Assembly (NCBI GenBank): GCA_029099845.1
Contig: JAQXOT010000023.1
Location: 150-64,149 of the forward strand
DNA length: 64,000 bases
Direction of reading: 5' to 3'
DNA from: a bacterium
Lineage (GTDB): Bacteria > Bacillota_I > Bacilli_A > RF39 > UBA660
Of this stretch, positions 58,261 through 64,000 are shown in pieces. Each line of letters begins with the position of its first letter. Positions within the stretch are counted from its first letter, which is position 1. The notes below the pieces were generated by a model. That model made no database searches. It was not told where the DNA came from and saw nothing but the letters and a program-made list of their open reading frames with translations. The translations under genes were made by a program, and so were the position numbers.

Positions 58261-59071
58261 AAACATCTTCCTCATCTGTTTCATCAAATTCTATATCCTG
58301 TTTAGGCCTTAACTCGTCAATCAATAACATTCTAGTATCATCAATTGTTAAATTATATAACAATTCACCCTTAAGTGCTACGGATATTCTTCCCGTTTCC
58401 TCAGATACTACTATACAAATTGCATCAGTTTCCTCTGCTAAACCAAGAGCTGCCCTATGCCTAGTACCTAAACGCCTATTAATTTTTTGACTATTACTTG
58501 TTGGAAATACAGCACCAGCACAAGTAATTCTGTCTCCCTGAATAATTACACCACCATCATGTAGAGGATTTCCCTCATAAAAGATAGCTATCAACAAGTC
58601 ACTAGATAAATCTGCATATAGTTTTTTAGCCTTATCAATATAATTACCTAAACTAATATCACGTTCTAATACAATTAAAGCTCCAATATGTTCTTTTCGT
58701 AAATAATCAACTGCATTAATAATTTCATAAACCATCCGTTCTCGCTCATCAACAGTTAAAACTTTATGTCTACCAAGCAATTGGCTTCGACCCAACTGCT
58801 CTAAAATATTTCTAATTTCTGGCTGAAATATTACAATAATTGCCATAGGTCCCCACTGTATAACATATTCAAGCAAAACACCTATCGTAGTAAAGCCTAG
58901 CCAATCACTTACTACTTTCAAAAGTATTACAAAAGCTACACCCTTAAATAATAACGATAATTTAACATTATTTTTAATATTTTTTAAAATTAAATAAAAA
59001 ATTAACCAAACTAAAGAAATATCAACGATCTTTCTTAGTATAGATAACACATCAGTAAAAATTGTTGCCAT
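58244..59071 (-). CDS. cdaA: Diadenylate cyclase CdaA
   Basis: 3 TM, IFQPEIR, PLHDGG, GTRHRAA, VSEETG. Confidence 0.96.
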   Translation of the reverse strand: MATIFTDVLSILRKIVDISLVWLIFYLILKNIKNNVKLSLLFKGVAFVILLKVVSDWLGFTTIGVLLEYVIQWGPMAIIVIFQPEIRNILEQLGRSQLLGRHKVLTVDERERMVYEIINAVDYLRKEHIGALIVLERDISLGNYIDKAKKLYADLSSDLLIAIFYEGNPLHDGGVIIQGDRITCAGAVFPTSNSQKINRRLGTRHRAALGLAEETDAICIVVSEETGRISVALKGELLYNLTIDDTRMLLIDELRPKQDIEFDETDEEDVYEEDV

Positions 59072-59116
59072 TAAATCTCTCCTTCAAAAGTACTATAATA
59101 GTATATCTAAAAAAAA

Positions 59117-59701
59117 TTAATTAGTAAAGTTTTGGTTATTTAAAGTATCTTCACTTAAATTTGCAGTACTACTACTTTGCTCAGAAGATACAGTCTCACC
59201 ATTAGTGAACGAATTATTCATATTACCAAGACCAGCATTAGACATATTTTGGCTTGCCATAGCTTCCCTTTGTGCACTAGTTGCGCCTATAATATTCATG
59301 GTACTAGAAACAAGAGCAACTTCTGCTGGGTTTATCATAACAACAGACTTAGTAGGTTGCATATTTTCTTTTGAGCCAGTAACACTAGCATTAGTATTAG
59401 TACTAGAAATAGGAACACTATTTATGGTCTTACTAGGAGGGGATGAAACAGGATTAGAAAATACAGAAGTATTTAAAGGTTTAGTCACAGTTGGAGTAAA
59501 CTCTACCATTTCCTTTTCACCTTTATCATTGATAACTACAATATGAGAAGCTTCAAATTCCTCCCTAGCTATCTTTTTCTTTTTAGCATGTCTAACAAGT
59601 TGAAAAATACAAACTAGTATTAAAATAAAGCTTACAATAGATACTACTATATAAAGCGTACCACTTAATATATCACGAAGGAAAACTATAATAGTCTCCA
59701 T
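59117..59701 (-). CDS. Hypothetical single-TM protein with Ser/Thr/Asn-rich tail
   Basis: 194-aa ORF with GGTGG RBS and N-terminal TM helix. Confidence 0.7.
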   Translation of the reverse strand: METIIVFLRDILSGTLYIVVSIVSFILILVCIFQLVRHAKKKKIAREEFEASHIVVINDKGEKEMVEFTPTVTKPLNTSVFSNPVSSPPSKTINSVPISSTNTNASVTGSKENMQPTKSVVMINPAEVALVSSTMNIIGATSAQREAMASQNMSNAGLGNMNNSFTNGETVSSEQSSSTANLSEDTLNNQNFTN

Positions 59702-59782
59702 TGTACCACCCCTATCCTATAATATATAATAGCATTTCACCGCCAATTTATCAACCAAAATAAAAAAAGACTTCCGTCTTTT

Positions 59783-60001
59783 TTATTCCCTAACCGGTCT
59801 TTTAGTACCCTCAATATGATTAAATAATATACCAATATTGAATATTCCACATATACCGACTAAAGTATAAATTATATTAGTAAATAAACTATTAGCACCA
59901 AATAACATAGCCACCAAATCAAAATCAAATATTCCAATTAGTCCCCAGTTAATAGCACCAATAATTGTAACCACCAATAATACTTTTTGCAATGTTTCCA
60001 T
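59783..60001 (-). CDS. DUF378 (YuzA-like) small membrane protein
   Basis: IIGAINWGLIGIFDFDLVA signature; upstream GTATA-17-AATTCTA forespore-sigma-like promoter. Confidence 0.88.
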   Translation of the reverse strand: METLQKVLLVVTIIGAINWGLIGIFDFDLVAMLFGANSLFTNIIYTLVGICGIFNIGILFNHIEGTKRPVRE

Positions 60002-60055
60002 ATATATACCTCCTACTTATAGAATTTACCAAAAGTAAAATAATATACGAAATTT

Positions 60056-61015
60056 TTATCTAATTCTTCGTACACTAATAATATGTGTAGAAGAACTATT
60101 TTCCCAAAATAGTACCTCACTAAGTATTACCCCATCATTATTATTAGCAGCATGAATCATTTTACCATCACCCACATACAAAGATGAGTGAGTAGCAAAA
60201 TCATCATTATATCCCCAGCTTATAATATCACCTGGCAAAATATCATCATAACTAACCGTCTTCCCATCATATAGTTGTGTACTACTGCCACGGCTAAGAT
60301 CAAAACCAATCTGAGAATATAAATACTGAACAAAACCACTACAATCAAAAGCAAAAGGTCCATTAGCCCCTAATATATAAGGACTGCCTAATAACGAATA
60401 AGCCATATTAACAATTTTGGTAGAGTCCTCATTTTCTAAAACAGTTACCGTAAAGTTTACACCACTTATATTATTATTAGAATCACTGGCTAAAACCCTA
60501 ACTTCATAGTCACCAACAACATTACAATTAAAATCAGAAACTATAGTATAATAAGCTCCATTTTCTAAAGCCTCATCAACATAAGAAATTTCTCCATCAA
60601 CATTATCAATAACAGAAATAACATTACTAAGTAAATTTAAATCATTACCTTGCTTAACAGTTAATGTATCAGAAACCAAACTAATAATAGGAGCAACAGT
60701 ATCTCTAACTTCAATTTCAATTGGTATTTCCTTAATAACTGCTCCTTTAGCAACTACCACCACAACTTCTTGTGTTCCAAGGGAATGAACATCAACCTTA
60801 TTTTTTATAGATACAACATCTCCTTGAACTTTATCAAAAAATTGTTCTACATCATCATTTGAACTACCATATTCAATTATTGCTGTATCCTCAACAAAGA
60901 CATTAATACTTTGATAAATAAAATTATAGAAAACTGCATAAATACATACAGTTAATGCAATAATACTAAAAACAGCTACCAACAATCGTCCAAATGACTC
61001 ATCTTTTGTTTTCAT
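60056..61015 (-). CDS. NlpC/P60 (C40) cell-wall peptidase with Ig-like stalk
   Basis: FDCSGF, THSSLYVG, MIHA catalytic motifs; DTVAP Ig-like repeat. Confidence 0.9.
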   Translation of the reverse strand: MKTKDESFGRLLVAVFSIIALTVCIYAVFYNFIYQSINVFVEDTAIIEYGSSNDDVEQFFDKVQGDVVSIKNKVDVHSLGTQEVVVVVAKGAVIKEIPIEIEVRDTVAPIISLVSDTLTVKQGNDLNLLSNVISVIDNVDGEISYVDEALENGAYYTIVSDFNCNVVGDYEVRVLASDSNNNISGVNFTVTVLENEDSTKIVNMAYSLLGSPYILGANGPFAFDCSGFVQYLYSQIGFDLSRGSSTQLYDGKTVSYDDILPGDIISWGYNDDFATHSSLYVGDGKMIHAANNNDGVILSEVLFWENSSSTHIISVRRIR

Positions 61016-61142
61016 AAATCCCCCTAAATTGGTTCATATTATACCACAAAAATATTTAAAATACCAGAAATACTTATTTCCATTTAATAATATCCTTTCC
61101 AAAAATAAAATAAATATACAAAAAGCAACCAAAAGTTGCTTC

Positions 61143-61457
61143 CTATTGTAATATATATTGATATTCTTTTGATAAAGTATCAAATTTTTGAGTAATTTTC
61201 TGTACTGGACTTTTTTCTAAACAATACCACCCTTTTCTAAACATCAGTTCATATGTTTCTCTTTGTAAAATCAAAAGTTCAGAAAATATATTTTTATATG
61301 CTTCAAATAATCTTTCATTACTAGCCTCAGTCATAGCAACAACATAATTTTTTACTATGTCTTTTAAACAAGTGTTTAAACTAGAAATATAATCCTTATC
61401 ATTTAATTCCATTCCCGAAGAAACTTCCACCTTAGGATTACAAACTTTACTATCCAT
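61143..61457 (-). CDS. Coat F / YusN-like spore protein
   Basis: LNDKDY...Y..AMTEASN..L...QRETYELMFRKGWY. Confidence 0.82.
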   Translation of the reverse strand: MDSKVCNPKVEVSSGMELNDKDYISSLNTCLKDIVKNYVVAMTEASNERLFEAYKNIFSELLILQRETYELMFRKGWYCLEKSPVQKITQKFDTLSKEYQYILQ

Positions 61458-61686
61458 TATTCACATCCTCCCTTTCACCCAAAATATCTAATACTAAATT
61501 CAAATTACTATCAAAAAGAGAACAAGCTTTTTCTAATAAAGTAATTATTTCTAAATCATCAGTATTACTAATAGACTCATTAGTTTTCTTTAACGCACCA
61601 TAGTTCCATTCAAACATATCACTCAAATAATTTAAATCTTTATCAGTTAATATCTCCTTTGGTACTTCTACATATTGATCACTCAT
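61450..61686 (-). CDS. YuzM-like small spore protein (partner of the YusN-like gene)
   Basis: LTDKDLNYLSDMFEWNYGALKK; upstream GCATA-17-AATTATA sigma-G-like promoter. Confidence 0.7.
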   Translation of the reverse strand: MSDQYVEVPKEILTDKDLNYLSDMFEWNYGALKKTNESISNTDDLEIITLLEKACSLFDSNLNLVLDILGEREDVNNG

Positions 61687-61782
61687 AAATATCTCCTTTC
61701 TTTTTTATAATTAACAAAAAAAACAATTATATGCACTAATTGTTTTAATTTAAAATTTTATCATCAATACTAAATTATATAA

Positions 61783-62748
61783 TTATCTCGTCTTATTTGC
61801 CTTTTTATCTCTAATTGACGTAACATACTTAATTGTACTTTCTTCATCCCCTTGCCAACCACTAGCTAATAAAATAAGTGCGGCTTGTAAATCATCACAA
61901 GCATCAACAATACCTTGCATTAACTTATCATATTTTGAATTTGAACGTTCCAACTCTTTTGTTTTATATCCAAGTTGTCTTTGTAACTCTTCAATCTGCA
62001 AATCTTTTAAATAACTATTACGCCTAATTTCAATTACCTCTTGATTAGAAAAGCCTTTACATTTAGGATCATATATTAAATTACCTGTTTTGGAGATTAT
62101 ATAACAATCAGGAAATAAATCTAATAAAAATTTAACAATTTCTGGTTTTTTTAATAAACTATCACCCATTACAATGCCAGAAATAGCACTACTAGGAACT
62201 CCATATAAAATAGACGATGCTACTTCTTCACTAAGGGGCAAATCATTCGTAAAAGCATGTGCTACCTTACCATTTGGTGTATTCGTTTTATAGCAATCAT
62301 AACTAAGTAATTCATCAATTTCAGGATCCGGTTGGACTACAAAAGCTAAGCTAAATTTTCCCCTAGTCCCAAAAGGACAACGCCCATCTACATAAGAAAA
62401 ACAAGAATTATATTCAGAAACAGAAATATCTTTAGAAACTTTATGAAAATCAGCACAATAATATGACTCACCATCCTCACCAATTCCTAATGCTTGCCCC
62501 GTAAGAATTCCACTTTCAGCAATACTGATAATCTTATCCATATCACAATTGCTAGTACCATGAATAATGCTCCCTGCGGGAAAAATAATATTACCATTAT
62601 CATCAAAATTAATATTTTTATTAAAAATACGCCGCTCTTTAAGTGCATTAAACCTATTAATCTGTTCCACCAATACATTTTTCATCACATTATTCAATCC
62701 CAATTCATCTAAAAAATTTTCTGGCAAATCACTAATAATTTCGGTCAT
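61783..62748 (-). CDS. Hypothetical protein, possible ADP-ribosyltransferase-like fold plus coiled coil
   Basis: 321-aa ORF; IIHGTS...IAESGIL resembles the HGT...I..GL motif of ART-like folds. Confidence 0.6.
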   Translation of the reverse strand: MTEIISDLPENFLDELGLNNVMKNVLVEQINRFNALKERRIFNKNINFDDNGNIIFPAGSIIHGTSNCDMDKIISIAESGILTGQALGIGEDGESYYCADFHKVSKDISVSEYNSCFSYVDGRCPFGTRGKFSLAFVVQPDPEIDELLSYDCYKTNTPNGKVAHAFTNDLPLSEEVASSILYGVPSSAISGIVMGDSLLKKPEIVKFLLDLFPDCYIISKTGNLIYDPKCKGFSNQEVIEIRRNSYLKDLQIEELQRQLGYKTKELERSNSKYDKLMQGIVDACDDLQAALILLASGWQGDEESTIKYVTSIRDKKANKTR

Positions 62749-62856
62749 TCTAACACCTCACAATATATAATACATGATATAATAAAATGAAAAAAAATAC
62801 AACAAATTGACACATTACAAATGATATAATAAAATAACGCTAGAAAGAAGGATTAT

Positions 62857-63564
62857 ATGAAAAAAGTAGGAATAATTTTCGCCATGGAAGAAGAATTAAA
62901 GGAACTAATCAAATATTTAAACATAGAAAATGAATATACAATATTTGATCTAATATTTTATGAGGGAAAAATTCACAACATAGACTGCGTTTTAGTAAAA
63001 TGTGGAGTTGGTAAAGTTAATGCCGCTAGAACCACCCAAATATTAATAGATAATATTAAAGTTGACTATATATTTAATATTGGTGTTGCCGGCGGAGTTA
63101 GCAATATACTTAAAATTGGAGATATAGTAATTGGCGAAAACCTAGTTCAACATGACTTTGATATAACCGCCTTCAATCACGAAAAAGGCTATATTCCAGA
63201 AATTGGCGTCTACATAAAATCAGACGAATATTTATACACAATCGCCAATAATGTCTTAAGAGAAAAAAATGAACTCAATGTAGTATCAGGGGTAATAGCT
63301 TCAGGAGATATTTTTTGCACAGAAGAAAAAATGGGCGAAAAAATAAATAAAAAATTTAATGCACTATGTGTTGAAATGGAAGGCGCCTCAATTGCTCAAA
63401 TCTGTTATTTAAATCATATTCCATTTTTAGTATTAAGAAGCATTTCTGATACTCCCAATAATAACAATACAATAACCTATGAAAAATTCTTAGAAACAAG
63501 TAGTAAAAATATAGCTAAAGCTATGAATGAAATTCTAGAAAAGCTAAGCAATGACACCTTATAA
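62857..63564 (+). CDS. mtnN: 5'-methylthioadenosine/S-adenosylhomocysteine nucleosidase
   Basis: AMEEE, GVGKVNAA, QHDFD, VEMEGA, RSISD; TTGACA/TATAAT-type promoter upstream. Confidence 0.96.
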   Translation: MKKVGIIFAMEEELKELIKYLNIENEYTIFDLIFYEGKIHNIDCVLVKCGVGKVNAARTTQILIDNIKVDYIFNIGVAGGVSNILKIGDIVIGENLVQHDFDITAFNHEKGYIPEIGVYIKSDEYLYTIANNVLREKNELNVVSGVIASGDIFCTEEKMGEKINKKFNALCVEMEGASIAQICYLNHIPFLVLRSISDTPNNNNTITYEKFLETSSKNIAKAMNEILEKLSNDTL

Positions 63565-63581
63565 TCACAAATAAAAACATC

Positions 63582-63612
63582 TAAAAAGCTAGTAAAAGAC
63601 TTACTAGCTTTT
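63582..63612. terminator. Bidirectional intrinsic terminator
   Basis: AAAAGCTAGTAA-AAGAC-TTACTAGCTTTT hairpin. Confidence 0.75.
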
Positions 63613-63808
63613 AAATACTCAAATCTTTTATTACAAACTATTGAAATAGCTTTATCCTCGTATAACAATATTATAGCAATTTTCACAATTTAAGCATTTA
63701 TATTCCAAATTTCCAATATTTTGTGAAACAAAAGTCATTCATCCTATTCTGGCAACAAATTTTGCTTCTTATGAACAAATTCATCTAATATAATAATCTT
63801 TTTTACAT

Positions 63809-64000
63809 CTAATCTTCTGGTAAATTATATATAGTATCAGAATTAGATGGTAAAACATCATCTGAAATAAAGTTTTGACTAACTGAAGTAGTTTGTTTCA
63901 AAATAATAATGTTACCTCTATCCATAGCAGCTCCACAATTTGAGCAAAATTTATCTGTCTCTTTCGCTATCGTCCCACACTTTGCACATTTTATTGAAAT
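63809..64000 (-). pseudogene. 3' part of a zinc-ribbon protein entering from outside the window, probably truncated
   Basis: ISIKCAKCGTIAKETDKFCSNCGA...IYNLPED-TAG, followed by out-of-frame coding-like fragments. Confidence 0.5.

Noticed and set aside
1302-63686. Short ORF-track entries antisense to or nested in real genes (e.g. 1302-1502, 7124-7948, 14548-15210, 25044-25244, 26561-26776, 38601-38960, 59177-59546, 62487-62770, 63477-63686)
   Set aside because: Shadow ORFs with no RBS or family motifs, overlapping well-supported genes.
1-64000. CRISPR arrays, tRNA or rRNA genes, IS elements, prophage
   Set aside because: No regularly spaced repeats, tRNA arm motifs, rRNA-like GC-rich tracts, transposase or integrase ORFs were recognised.

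Overview
Low-GC (AT-rich), gene-dense chromosomal segment of a reduced-genome Bacillota member. The gene content, Bacillus-like synteny and type B RNase P RNA suggest an uncultured gut Bacilli lineage such as RF39; this taxonomy is inference only. The genetic code is standard (TGA and TAG both end genes), and most genes lie on the G-rich minus strand, which is probably the leading strand. The content is mostly housekeeping in compressed B. subtilis order: rny, murE, recA, pgsA, rodZ-like, rnpB, gpsB, recU, ponA, nth, dnaD, cca, HU, der, engB, nrnA, ackA, thiI, ezrA, rpsD, tyrS, trmB, murJ, leuS, fhs, cdaAR and mtnN. Endospore genes are scattered among these (spoIVA, spoVIF, SASP, cse60 missed by the ORF track, ydcC, yuzA-like and yuzM/yusN-like), and there are two T-box leaders. 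The most notable observations are: (1) an apparent deletion scar of a type VII secretion locus, an essC-like 5' end joined to a WXG100-like 3' end carrying YxxxD; (2) an in-frame TAG at a conserved active-site Tyr codon of leuS; (3) unrelated passenger genes between both T-boxes and their synthetases; (4) a motorless SftA-like protein; (5) a terminator/RBS-occluding hairpin with a sporulation -10 in its loop before spoVIF; (6) Lys/Orn-type MurE plus a FemABX pair in a putative spore former; (7) several enzymes with altered catalytic residues (GH31, sortase, PgeF-like). No CRISPR array, rRNA, tRNA, IS element or prophage was seen. All family calls come from motif recognition, not database searches.
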